64,000 nucleotides of DNA. It comes from Octopus vulgaris. Taxonomy: Eukaryota. The position numbers were made by a program, and so were the translations under genes. Each line of letters starts with the position of its first letter. The stretch's first letter is position 1. The stretch spans positions 135,408,001-135,472,000 of the forward strand of contig OX597814.1 of the NCBI GenBank assembly GCA_951406725.2. Reading direction: 5' to 3'. Shown one piece after another: positions 35,877-49,699 of the stretch. A model generated the notes under the pieces. It was not told where the DNA came from and did not search any database. It saw nothing but the letters and a program-made list of their open reading frames with translations.

Positions 35877-38800
35877 AAGCAGATTTTGCATCTGGCATGG
35901 CATTGTTTACAAAGTGAGTGAATTTAGCTTTTGTATGTATTTTTTACTTTGAAATAAGCATCCTCACCCACTTTTTTTTTTAATGTAAACAAAAGTTAAT
36001 GCAGGTATACACTGAACTTAAAGAGTTTATTTTTACACTAATAGGACCTTGTGAATAATAAATTTAGAGCTCCAGAGAGATGCAGTGATGTGTTAAGAAG
36101 GACTGTACTTAATCATTTAGCCTGGGGCTAAGGAGAGAGATATTGAGAAAGATGTAATGATATCAATGTTATATAATCTAATCTCTGATGATATGAATGT
36201 AATTTACTAAAATGAAATATAGAATTTATTCTTCTGTAATTTTTCAGTCAAAGTTACCACTTTAAAAAATTCACAGTTCTCTATTCATCATTGACAGTGT
36301 AATCACATCTGTAGCATAATGTATCTCTTTATTTAGTCCAACTGCTGTTTCAGTAGATCTTAACTTCCTCCCCATATGAAAAAAAGAGACATAGGTGTTT
36401 TGAGTCTAGTTTCAAATATTCATTTATTCTTCTTAGTAAATTTTTAATTCCCTCTTTTATCTTTTATATTTATCCTTTTTCTTCTTGATTACTTAATGCT
36501 ATTTGTTTTGGAGATGTATTTGCCAGACAACTGATTTGATCTGAGACGATGTGTTGAAACTAAAATGATTGTAGTGCAGAAGACACATATTAACCATTCA
36601 AAAATGCACAAAGAGTGTTAACTTCACTCAAACATATGTTATTTTGTACACGATGCCAAAGTTTTCATTATGCAAACTGCAACCTGTTCTCTGACAGTGT
36701 ACTCATGTCAATGACACAATTACACTGCAGTGTAATCTTGTCAATAACACCTCTGAAATTCCATTAGCTTCAACAAGGCTACTAAAATTCTGAAGAAAAC
36801 TTTTACTGGTTGCCTGAAGAAGATAACAATTATGCAACAATTTCACTTATGTTATTAAATTAATATAATTAAATATTCCCCCATCCCTATGTACTTATTT
36901 GACATGCTCTTTTTTTTTCAGATTTTATTCTATGATTGTATTTATCTAACAAAGCAATAACAATGGATGTATTTAATGTTTATATTTCCTACAAAATTTT
37001 AATTTTATAGCTAGTTATTCCAAGCAAAATCTATGGTATGTATGGAATCATAAATGTTGTCCAGAAGGTATAGTCCAGCATTGATCTCAGATATTGTTGC
37101 AATGTAAAATTAGTGGTAATTCCATGTGTTGTTTGTTGTATTGTTGTTTATGCTTTCATTGAATTTATTTTTTGTGTTTCTTTTCCTCTCCTGCTTTTGT
37201 TGTATTGTTCCAAAGATTATCATCTTACTCAAAATATTTGCTTTTCACTATTATTTTTTGCTTTAATATTTTTGTTCAATGTTTTTATCAATATTTTTTT
37301 TAAATGAAATTACATTTAAATGTTGCTAACTTTTGTAGGTATTTTTTTTACTTTGAAATAATCATCCTCACCCACTTTTTTTTTTAATGTAAACAAAAGT
37401 TAATGCAGGTATACACTGAAATCAATAATAAGTGATTAACTTTATGATAATGATAGACTATATAATATTTGTGATCTACTGGTCACAAATATTTACTTCA
37501 TTCAATAAAATCTTTTCATCATTTATGCTAATCACACTTTTGGAAAGGCATTATTGTCATAACATTCAGTTAACCATCTACTTACTACAATTAATTTTGT
37601 CAAAGACACACCACTAAAGAATTCCTCTTTATACAGAGCATCTTAAACAAGTCAGTCTCACAGGGTTTATTCTTCTCTAACCCTTTAGTATTTGAACTGA
37701 CAGTATCCAGCCCAAATTTGTTTTATGTTCTAACTTGTCAGATCCAGCCTCTCACACCAACTCTATAATGTCACTCTAAAACCAAACAATCACATCATTG
37801 AAATATCAAAGCTATGGGCTGATTAACTTAAAATGATGTGAATAAATAATCATTACATTTGACAGGGACTGTATGCCTAGGGACTAAGGTGTATCCAGAG
37901 TAGAATATAAATTAACATTAGGAAGTTAAAGTACTCATCAATTAAACAATGGTATTTACTGCAGTAAACTTTTCTCAAATAATTCTAAATGAGATGGAAT
38001 TAAAAGTAAAAGATGTGGTACTGTGAGATATTGATTCAATCCACTACAGATACACTAATTTTCCAATTCATGCAATACTATGAGGGGATATGAACCATCA
38101 GCCTTTTGATTAGTTGTAAACTATGAGCCAAAAGGTTGTGTTTGCATAAGCATAACATTTTTAAGGTGGTGTTATGCTTATGCAAAATGATTCTTGTTTG
38201 ATTACGTGTAAGCTGCAGAAATGGCCAAAAGAATTACACTAAGTGTACAGCTTCATGTTTATGAGCTCAAATTTCACTTGAATAAACAATCTTTTTATCA
38301 GTTTGAGTTAAAATTAAATCAATTGTAGATTAGAGTTGATTTTATGGAGTTTAATCTTTATTACTCTTCCTTCTTCACCTAAACATATAAAATAACATTA
38401 AAAATTGCTCTTACAGCATATTATTTCACTCCTAATATAAAACCATCAGGAGAGATTATAGGCTAAATATACACTTGCTTTTTAATTTAACACTGTTTGC
38501 TTCATTATAAATCTAGTTATAAATTTATAAAATCATTATAAATTTAATAATTTAATCATTATAAATGTAATTACATCACCACTTTTGACAATCCAATGTA
38601 TTGTTGCATTTTTTAATAAACCCTCTATCTTGGTCCTCTCCCCACACTTTTGGTGACAGGTATAGCTTTCTTTACACAATCTGTTAACTAACAAAAATTA
38701 TCTAATAATGTTGTACTTAAATTCAGTATTTAGCTAATGCTTTGTTTTCTACATAAGTATTCTAAGCAGAATTTGCTCTGAATATATCAATGGATTCTTT

Positions 38801-41132
38801 TCTCCTCTCTTAACTGTTTAATATTGTATTTATATTTATATTTTCAAATGTTTTTTACATTAAGTTTAACTTATTCTGCAAATTTGTATATTGATGTTTT
38901 GTGGCCTATTGTTCTTTCTAATGGTAATTATTCCATTTTATAATGGTTGATGATATTTGTTATTCCCCTCAGTAAATTTACATGACTACAGGTTTATAGA
39001 CAAATTTGCTTCAGTTGTTTAGTCTTTACATGGTCATTCAACTTTCTAGAAACAAAACCAAATCTCTTTTAAGTTACACCCAGCTGTCATACACACACAA
39101 AAAAAAAAAAAACAGGACACATTAGCTACTGTATTCCTGTACATTTAAAAAAGACAGAGTGATCATGATTGGCATGTTCAATAAAATAACCTGGAGTTGA
39201 ACAGTAACAACCCAATTACTGGTATTTAAATATCTACTTATTAACACTTAGTTGATAATTAAGCATTTCTGACAGACAGAACATAGTAATTCTAATCAAA
39301 TTTCTCTATGTCTTCACTTTTCCCATCACCTACACTGTAACTTTCTTCCTTGTCCCTGCACTAAACACTTGGAACTAAATCTCTAGAATTATTCACTCAC
39401 ATCTTATTAAACAAAAACCTATGCTAATTCAAATATTGTTTTAACCACATAGAATTGTGTAACAACCTCTTTATTCAATTCCTGATATCCTTTGTAATAC
39501 ATATGGTGCTTGGTTCATATTTTATAACAGATTAGCAAATATTTAACTTTTACTTTTGCATGTAAATTCTTACTGTTGTTTATTGTTGTTGCTGATGTCA
39601 ATGCATCAAACAGTTTAATGGAATCCTACAAATGTTATGCTTTGCACTGATATATAGTAGTAATATTGTATTTTTCTGGCTGTAACAATGCAGTGCTTTG
39701 ATTTGAATGGTGTGGTGTAGAAGTATAGTATTCTGAGTGAATTCAATAATGTATTTTACCAGCACCATATTTAAAGCACTCATGCCAGTGCCATGTTAGA
39801 AGCACTTGTGCTGATACCACATTAAACACACTTGTGCTGATGCCACATAAAAGCATCCATGCCAATATCACCTAAAAAGCTCCCAGAATACTTTGTAAAG
39901 TGGTTGGCATTAGGAAGGGCATCCAGCTATGGAAACCATGGCAAAACAGACAATTGGAGCCTGGGCAATTCCCTGGCTAGTCAGTTCCTGTCAAACCATC
40001 AACCCATGCCAACATGGAGGATGGTCATTAAATGATGGTGAATCAAGTGAATATTAACCTGCCTCCATCATCATTATCATCATCATCCTCATCATTACAA
40101 CCATTTAATATCTGTTTTTCATGCTGGCATGGGTTAGATCGTTTAACAAAAGCTGATGAGCAGGGAGGACTGTCAAGCTTCAGTGTTTTCCTTTGCTTGG
40201 TTTCTACTACCAGATGCCTTTAACTAATGCTAACCACTTCACAGAGTGTATTAGGTGCTTTTTACATGGCACTGGAACTAGTGATGTCACCAAGTAACTC
40301 ACAAGATAAGATTCCACAGCTGTGGGGAGATGGCTTTATGCTATGTGATGAGAAGACTGTTTGATTTGCTTGTGTTGTGAGTTGCCTTCCAGAAAAACCA
40401 AATCGTTCTTGATTGATGCTAATTTATGGTATCAGCAACAACATTGACAAATAAAATCAACCTGAACACATATGAAATCTTTAATTACCATATATTATCA
40501 GTAGAAGATTATTTCAGATACATTATTAGCCCTATTCCTGGGTCTTACTTCACTAATTACATCATTATTTTCAAAATAATTTGAAGCCAAAGCAGATTAT
40601 TTTAATAGAAATATTATATAAAAAGGGTTAAAGAAACTATTTAACATGTATATTGAGCAGCAAGTATCTATCTCATCATCATCATCATTAAATGTCCTTG
40701 TTCCATGCTGGTATAGGTTGAACGGTTTGACAGGAGATGATGTGTCCAATGAGTGCATTGTGCTTCAGTGTCTGCTTTGGCATAGTTTTTTACCACTGGA
40801 TATTCTTCTTAATACCAACCACTTTACAGTGTGGATTTCACAGGGTGATTTTTTTGTGCTATGAGGGGATATGAACCATCAGCCTTTTGATTAGTTGTAG
40901 ACTATTAACCAAAAGGTTGTGTTTGCATAAGCATAACATTTTTAAGGTGGTGCCATGTAGTTCACAGGACTATGAGCCCTGGTGTAGGTTGGGTGTCAGC
41001 TTCAGACTAGGGGACATGGGGATTATTTTGAGGGAGAAAGGGATGCAAAGCAGGCTCTTGCTGAGGGATATGCATGGCTACTCACATCTAGTATGGGGGC
41101 AAAAAATTATAGTGTATCATTTAGAAAAGGGA

Positions 41133-41281
<149 letters not shown>

Positions 41282-42646
41282 GATGGTATGGCTATCAATG
41301 CACTATACTTTGTACCTGGGAAAGGTATTGGATGGGCACAGATGGAATGCCTTTCACTATAAGTATGTTTAATCAAGAGTGACCTGGGACTAAACAACTA
41401 AAATAACTGCAAACAAACAAAGAAGCCTCTTTTTCATTAACCAAAATGCTAAAAGTTGAATCTTTAAAAAAAGGACACATTGGACAGTATAATCTATGAA
41501 ATACAAACAGATAGGATGGTCATAGCTGTAACCCCTTTTATTGTGTATCCAATTAATGCTAACCTGGAGCCAAACAACAACTAAAAGACCCTCTACATCA
41601 GGATTTCTCAACCATTCTTTATCTATGGACCTTTTTGGTTACTATTTTATTCCAATGAACCCCCATAGCCATTTAGTGTTTAAAAACTGGCTTTATAGAA
41701 ACTTCACTCAAAATTCCTATTTTGTTTTTCATACATTAATTTGCATAGGTTGAACTATGTAAAATGTTAGAGAAAGAAACCTACTTATTTCTTGCAATAT
41801 ATGCCAATATATACATCGAAAGCAAAATTTTTTAGGGGTCCTTAAAATACTATTATGGATCCCCAATTTACTATTTTGTTATATGGACCCCAGTTGAGAA
41901 CCACTGCTCTATATGGTCAATTCACCTGCTATATATAACAATGAAATCTCAAACAAATTGCACTCTACCACTTTCAAAAATGAAGGATATATTATAGAAT
42001 GTAGTCTTAGATGCATAAAAACAGATAGGCATGGTTGAAGGCTTTCATGATGGACTTACACTCTCAAAGATGATGTGGAACTAAATAACTACTATGTTTT
42101 GAAACAACAAAGAATTCCCTACGTCTGTGATTCTTAACCTTTTCTCAGTAATTTACTTACTCAATTTGATAGATTTCATCATCTATAAGCCTACATTCAT
42201 TCAAAAATATACACTATAGAATTGCTATATCATCATCATTGTTTTAATATCCACTTTTCTATACTTGCATGTGTTTGATGGAGTTTATTGAGGCAGATTT
42301 CCTACAGCCTGATGACTGTCCTGTCGCTAATCTTTGCCTATTTCCAAGAAAGACATTTCCCCATAGCTAGGCATGTTTCACAAACTATTGGAGATGATTG
42401 ACATTTATTCACCACAATCACACAAACACACACACACACACAGTCGATAATGATAAGGATATGTGTGTGTTGAGGGTGGGACCAGGTATGGATAAGGAGT
42501 TTGTTATGTCATCATGTTTTCTTGGGTTCTATCTCACCATACAGTACTTTGGGTAAAAATCTTCTACTGTTTCCTTGGGCTAACCAATGCCTTATAAATA
42601 AACTAGATGTAAACAGTATAGAAGGCTGTAATGTGTGTGTGTGTGT

Positions 42647-42694
<48 letters not shown>

Positions 42695-44499
42695 ATGTGT
42701 GTGTGTATATATATATATATCGTCATTATTATCATCATCATCATCATTTAACGTCTGGTATGGGTTAGATAGTTTAACTGAAAACTGGTAAGTTGGGGAG
42801 CTGCACCAGGTTCCAATCTGATTTGGCATGGTCTACAGTTGAATGCCCTTCCTAATGTCAACCTCACCAAGAGTGTAGTGGGTGCTTTTTACATGCCACT
42901 GCTTGGATTTTTTAAATCCCTTTTTTTCTTTTATATATATATGATATATAAGAAGAAAACATGGATTTAAAAAAACCCAGCAGATATCAATAAAGCACTC
43001 AGTTTCAAACAAATCTGGTTAATTATATCAAACAACCAGACATCAATAAAATGCACATCAAAGGTAATTCCTCATGTATGTCATATATATTTAAATATCA
43101 TTTAGAAGAATTTCGTGAGATTCAGAGTATTAGACAACAAAAATACAGATAGAGAAAATCGCATCTTTAATTGTTGAATGCACCATACAAAGCTGATGAT
43201 CGTTTCTTTTGTATCAACATATTTAGATACAGAAGATATCATTCAAATTAATATATCTGAAAATACATGTTAACTCAACATTTTCAAGGTGATCCAAAAT
43301 TAGTTAAATTCAAAGTGAACTAAGAAAATATTTTCAGTTCATGAATGCATATAAAAAGAACATTAAGAAGAAATATAATCTAAGAAAAGCTATTTTTGTA
43401 TTCAACTCTTGGCGACATCATTGGATAACGAAAAAATAAAGATGTGAATTTTATGTTATGAAAGTTGGAAACGGAGATTCTATGTCATTTTATTGAACAT
43501 AGAAAACTTTTTTTAGAAAAATTATGCTTAAATAATATATAAAAAGCAATGATAATTAAGAATTGAAATATTTAAATACCTTCTGAAATTTGTGACAATA
43601 TTTCATTGTAAAATACCTATTAAAATTTGATAATATTAATTTAGAAGTAATTATATAATACATTTCTTCAAGGCAAAGATCACGTGTAGAATTGCCAATA
43701 TTGTACAACAGTAACTAATAATGGACCACTTTAACTCATACTTAATGTTCTTATCGTTTAAATCCCAAATGCATTTACTAAGATTTTTAGAATTACTTTT
43801 TCTACTATACTTAAATGAATGAGAAGGATTATGAAATCTAGATTTCCAAGTTGTAGCAAATGAACCTATGTGATAATACTTGTAATCCCCTGTTATTACC
43901 TTACATGGCTGAGTAATTAGAGCATTGGGCTCACAACCATGAGGTAATGAGTTTGATTCCTAGACTAGGCTGTGTATTGTGTTCTTTAGTAAAACACTTT
44001 ATTTCACATTGATCCAGTTCACTCATCTATAGAAATGAGTTGTGACATCACTGGTACCAAGCTGTATTGGCCTTTGCCTTTCCCTTGGACAACATCGCTG
44101 GTGTGGAGAGGGGAGGCTGATATGCATGGGTGACTGCTGGTCTTCCATAAACAACCTTGCCTGAATTGGGACTTTGCTACTTTATGTATGTGGGTATACC
44201 TATAAATTTTTATATTTTGCATGAAAGCATTCAGTGGTGTTTGTTAACATTCCTTGTCAAAAAACATCATCCTTTAGCTTTGCATATTCTAAGACAAGTA
44301 GATTTTTTAAAAAAATTATTGGTTGAAAAGCAGGTAAGGGTTAACAACAGGAAGGACATCCAACTGCAAAACAATGTCTCAATATTATGTATTCATCCAA
44401 CACATGCTAGTATCAAAAATTGACTAAATTTCTGGCCTTCTACCTAAATCAGATACAGTTATAAAGAACAGAATCATTACAGTCTCAAACGAAATGCCT

Positions 44500-44856
44500 T
44501 GCAGTAGATTTCTAAGGCTCTTTTTGTTCAGTGTTCAAATCCTGATGACATTGTCCTTTCAGGGTCAATAAAATAAAGCTCTTATTAAGTATTGGGGTCA
44601 ATATGATTGACACCTTTGTGTTTAAATTAAATATTATTGTTATTATTATTTATTAAAGCAGTGAGCTGGCAGAATCTTTAGCATGCGAGGCAAAATGCTT
44701 AGTCTGTCATTATGTTCAGAGTTCAAATTCCACTAAGGCTAACTTTGCCTTTCATCCTTTCAGGGTTGATAAAATAAGTACCAGTTGAACATTGGGATTG
44801 ATATAATTGACTTACACTACCCTCAAAATTGCTGGCCTTGTGCCTAAATTTAAAAA

Positions 44857-44895
<39 letters not shown>

Positions 44896-45365
44896 GATGA
44901 TGATGATGATGATGATGATGAAGATGGCAAGCTGGAAGAATTGTTATCATACTGGGCAAAATGTTCAGCAGCATTTCATCCAGCTTTATATTCTGAGTTT
45001 AAATTCTGCCAAACTCAACTTTGCCTTGTACTTTTTCAGGGTCGATTAAGTAAGTACTAGTTGAGCACTGGGGCCAATGTAATCGACTATCCCCTTTCCA
45101 CAAAATTTTAGGTCTTGTGCCTATAACAGAAAGGATTATTATTATGAGAGTTGTGGTCTGGCAGAATTGTAAACATGCTGGAATTGTAAACATGCTTAGT
45201 GACATTTCATCCATCTTTACATTCTGAGTTCAAATTCTGTCAAGGTTGACTTTGCCTTTAATCCTTTTGGGGCCGATAGAATAAGTACTAGTCAAACACT
45301 GAAGTCGATGTAATTGACTAGTCCTCTCCCCTAAAAAATTTAGACCTTGCATCAATAATAGAAAC
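44500..45365 (+). mobile_element. Cluster of 3-4 head-to-tail SINE-like copies separated by (ATT)n/(ATG)n tails
   Basis: Repeated gagttcaaattc...actttgcctt...ggt-gata-aataagtac-agtt-a-cactgg...at-gact...ccttgtgcct. Confidence 0.7.
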
Positions 45366-45979
45366 TATTGTTACTATGCTATGAATACATGTTTCCATGT
45401 ACCATGCTTTTTTTTTTTACAATCCTGTATTATTTACACCAAACACAATGGAACTGCTTCTAACTTAATATCATTTTTATTTTTCAGAAATCAGATTTCC
45501 TGTGCAGATGTCAAAATATTCATCAACTCCTTTTTCTCTCTTTACATTTTTTTTTCTTTTAAATCACAAGATATCATTGTTTCTTTATTTTATTACTGAG
45601 AAAATTCCATTTTCTGTTTTAATATTGATTTTTCTAATTTTTTAAAAATCAAAAACTCTATTTTCTTCTGAAGTATTACATAATATTTTTCTTTTATTTC
45701 TATTTTGATGAAAATGCCACTTTAAAAAATTTATTTAATAATCTAACATTATGTTTCTTGTATCATTAAGAATTATTGTGCAATTTCTTTTATTTCCTAT
45801 AAATTTGTTCCAGACATAAGGCAGCCCAATTTTTTTAAAGTTACATACTTACTTTGTTGACCATGTACTGTGTTTTATTGTATGATGTAATACTTGCTTG
45901 CCTTGGGAAATAGCATTCTTATTATATTATATATGAAATTATGGTAAAATTTGAACAAATTATATAAATTAATGCATAA

Positions 45980-46350
45980 CAGTATGTGACTGATATCTCT
46001 CTTGTAACTGTCTATCGGGTAACCCTTATGTCCCACTTTGTAACCATCATGTTGCTATTGGGTAATTGTCTGTTATGTGTCTATCATGTACTGACCTGTC
46101 ATAAAACTGTTTGTTATATCACCTGTCATTTACATGTTTGTCATGTGACTAAGCTGTAAAGCTGGTATTATGTCATTGTCATGTGACCACTTGTCATGTA
46201 ATCGTGTGTCATGTGACTTATGCAATCATTTGTGATGTGACTTCATCATCTACTCTACTTGTTCTATAGTGCTCTGTGTATCCCAGAATCAACAGGTAAC
46301 TGTAGAATTACTATCGTGTGATTGTTTGGCATAAAACTCTTTGTCATGAA
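45980..46350. repeat. Degenerate minisatellite rich in tgtcatgtgac
   Basis: Recurrent tgtcat(g)tgac(t/c) motifs at ~15-25 bp spacing. Confidence 0.5.
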
Positions 46351-46434
46351 GCAGTCAAAAGACTATCAATAATATCATTCTTTCCTCAAGTTAATGAAAC
46401 CTTATCTACATATTTCTTACTGTTAGAATTCTAA

Positions 46435-46496
<62 letters not shown>

Positions 46497-46498
<2 letters not shown>

Positions 46499-48010
46499 TT
46501 GGGGCTTCTTGGTTTTTAGCCATACTGTTTTAGTGCACCATTTGATATTGTCTCCAGAGCTCTGATGATCACAGGTAGAGTTGCTGTTCTTAGATGCCAC
46601 ATTTTTTTAGACCTCTATTTCAAAGTTCTGTTTACTCACCTTTCAAATGTTTTTACAGAAGTGTTGCTGTCTTCTGGGATTGGAATACCTATTAACAGAC
46701 ATGTTTTATCATTGTGATTTTTTTACCACAATGTTTGGTCTATTCGCCTGTATAGCACAATCAGTTTGAATTCTAAAATCCCAAAGAATGGTGATGCCTT
46801 TATTTTCTACTAGTTTGGTAGGTTTATGTTCCCACCAGTTCTTCTCATCTGGGAGTCCAGACTTATGGCATATAATCCATTGCAAATACTGGCCAAATCT
46901 ATCATTGTGTTTAATATATTCATTTGAGGCAAATATAAAACAGCGAGAGATAAGGTGGTCAATTGTTTCCCTGGCTGCACCACAAAAGTGGTAGGCAGGA
47001 TCAGCACCATTTAAAAAATGCTTTCTTGGCAGTTTCAGGTGGGCATATATTGATCATGTGCTGCAGTAATGAAGCCCTCTGTTTTTGATTTAAGTGCAGA
47101 TGCAGTCAACCATTGATGGGTCATATTTGTATCTACATCAGGATTGCTGGCAATGGTTTACTTTTCCATGTATTCCACAGCACTGAGAATCTATTTGATT
47201 TGGTTTGTGTTTTTGTCTGTTTTGCTACCACAGTGAGTTCTTCTGTCTCGTCTAGTTGCATCTCAGTCTCATTGATCTTGAATTCCTATATTTCTTTGCT
47301 TCTTCTCATATTGAATGCATATTTTGGAACTTTCATGTTTGCAAACAAGTTTAAGCAACCAGTCATTGGTGTTCTTTAGATTGGCACCTAACACTATGGT
47401 TGCTGTCCTTAGAGACAGTTGTAACTGCAGCAGTTCATGCTCTTCATCTTTCATGGGGTGTATAGTCTATCTATATCTGCCTTTGGGTGATGCATGTGGT
47501 GGACTGTGATGAGATTGTGTATTTTTGTATCAATTTTACTGATTTCACTGATGGACCATTTTATGATGTTAAAGCTGTAGGTCACCACAGATATACTTAA
47601 ATTACTGATAGCATCAATCCTGTTTCTTGCATCAAGTTTGCTTTTTAAGATAGCTCTAACTCTACAATGATATTCTTTCCATATTTTTCCTCACATTTGT
47701 GAATGTTGGATGCCATCCCTTTTACATACAGCTAAATATTTGTAAATTGTTTTACTACAGTTAAAAGTCATTCCAGTTGTTGATCATCTTTTGTGAAAAG
47801 CTTTAGATCATCCATGTAAAGGAGGTGATTGATTTGTATATTGTACACTCTGTACTCATGCTTTGTCTCATTCAACAGCTTAAGTAGGAGAATGAGAGCC
47901 ATGCAAAAGTGTAGTGGTGATAAAGATTCGTCTTTAAAATGCCTCAATTTATGCTGATGACACCAGTGTTCATAGTACCTGAATCTGAATTCAATATAGG
48001 AGTTGTTCTT
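46497..48010 (-). mobile_element. Decayed non-LTR retrotransposon, R4/Dong-like (RT plus restriction-like endonuclease)
   Basis: QINHLLYMDDLKLFTKDDQQLE (RT YMDD) and ILWDFRIQTD...ANRPNIVV...TCLLIGIPIPEDSN (PD-D/ExK-type RLE). Flanked on both sides by (TAA)n. Confidence 0.8.
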
Positions 48011-48023
48011 CATTACTTCATAC

Positions 48024-48060
<37 letters not shown>

Positions 48061-48649
48061 TATATATTGGTGTCATTCATAAAATTAACCTTGTACCTTA
48101 GAAAGCCAGTATTATTGTTGTTGTTATTATTGTTGTTTATATTATTACTATTACCATCATAATTTATTTTGTCAATTTTCCTTCTAACAGGACTTCGATG
48201 ACTACATTCCTAACTACCCCAATAAGTCAGCTTTGGTCAAAGCACAAGTGTCCACTGCCTGAACATCAAGACTATTCCAGCCTCAGCAGCTTCTCTTTAT
48301 TATTTACCAGTTCTACTATATTTTACTGATTTTTCTTTTTTTTTTTTTACTTGAGCCAAGAGCAAGATTTTTGGATTCTCATTGTGATTGCCATTAGTTT
48401 CAACCTTATTTGAAAATCCACTTTCATTGAGAAGCTTGTAAATTTGAATTTCTTTCCTTCTTTATTTGTGTATTTCATTATTATTACCATTTTATTTTAT
48501 TCCATTTGGTTCAATTAAAGCTAATATGAGCTTTCACTTACTCAGAAAAAAAAAATTGAAAGAAATGTGAGAACTTTTGGTTATCGTAAAAATGTCCTTG
48601 TCTTTCATATTCTCTTTGAGTATTGTTGCTTCTGAAAAATGTATGTTAA

Positions 48650-49280
48650 TTCTTGTTATTAAAACACACTGGATTCTATTGGAAAAGAAAAGACACTGGG
48701 ATCTAGCTGGTAAAGATTTTGGTTTCTAGTTAAGTATTTTTAAATTCTAAATTCTTGTTAACAAAATATACTGGATTCTAATTAACAAAATATATGGGAT
48801 GTTATACTGTTAATAGCTGATTTACAATGCTCAAAATAAAATACACTAACCTTTACTAATGACATAATATCTAGTTAATAAAACATGTTGGTGCTTTGTT
48901 GTAGAAACTCATGTTTGCTTGTTATTTAAATACACTGTTTCTTTGTGATGAAACTAGTCTTGTTTTTATTGGTCAAATGATACCAGTTGTTAGTGGTTTG
49001 AACATCAACAGATCCTAGTGGTCAAACTACATTAGTTTTTAAATGTCAGACCACCAATGTTCCTAATGTTCAAACCACAATAGTTCCTATTGGTCAAAGC
49101 ATATCAGATCCTAATGGCCAAATCATAGCAGATATTGATAATCAAAACAAGTTTTTATTGGTTAAAATATTCTTGCTTCTCCTCGCCAAATTCTTAGTGG
49201 TCAACCACTTCAGTTTCTCATGTTTAAATTTACCTGGTTCTTACTGGTTAAAGTTACTCCAGTTTCTAGATGTCAAGTTT
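48650..49280. repeat. Highly degenerate ~21 bp minisatellite
   Basis: Recurrent (g)at/ttcct-a-tggtcaaa-cacac-a-like units, e.g. gatcctagtggtcaaac, gttcctattggtcaaagc, gatcctaatggccaaatc. Confidence 0.5.
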
Positions 49281-49699
49281 TTCCAGCTCCTTAATATGTT
49301 AAAACTGTACAATTGTATCATTTGTTTTGTTTTGCATTTAATATTTTGCTTAAGCTCTGTTACTTTGTGTTATATATATATATATATACATATATATATA
49401 CATATATACATACATTCATACACACATACACGTGCACACACACACACACACACTTGTTCAATATTTTTTTCATGTTTTCGCTATCATTCCACTATTTTGG
49501 GGGGATTGACTCAGTAATCTGGTAAAATCCTGTGATTATTGAAGAATATTGAAAATAAAATTTAACATCTTGATATCAGTTTTCCTTGTCATTACATTTT
49601 TAAAATTTTTATTTAAAGTAACTATGTGAATTGAGAGAGATAGAAAATAATGGAAGGGACTGAGGTGGTGAAACAAAATACAAATCCATTTGAAGAGTT

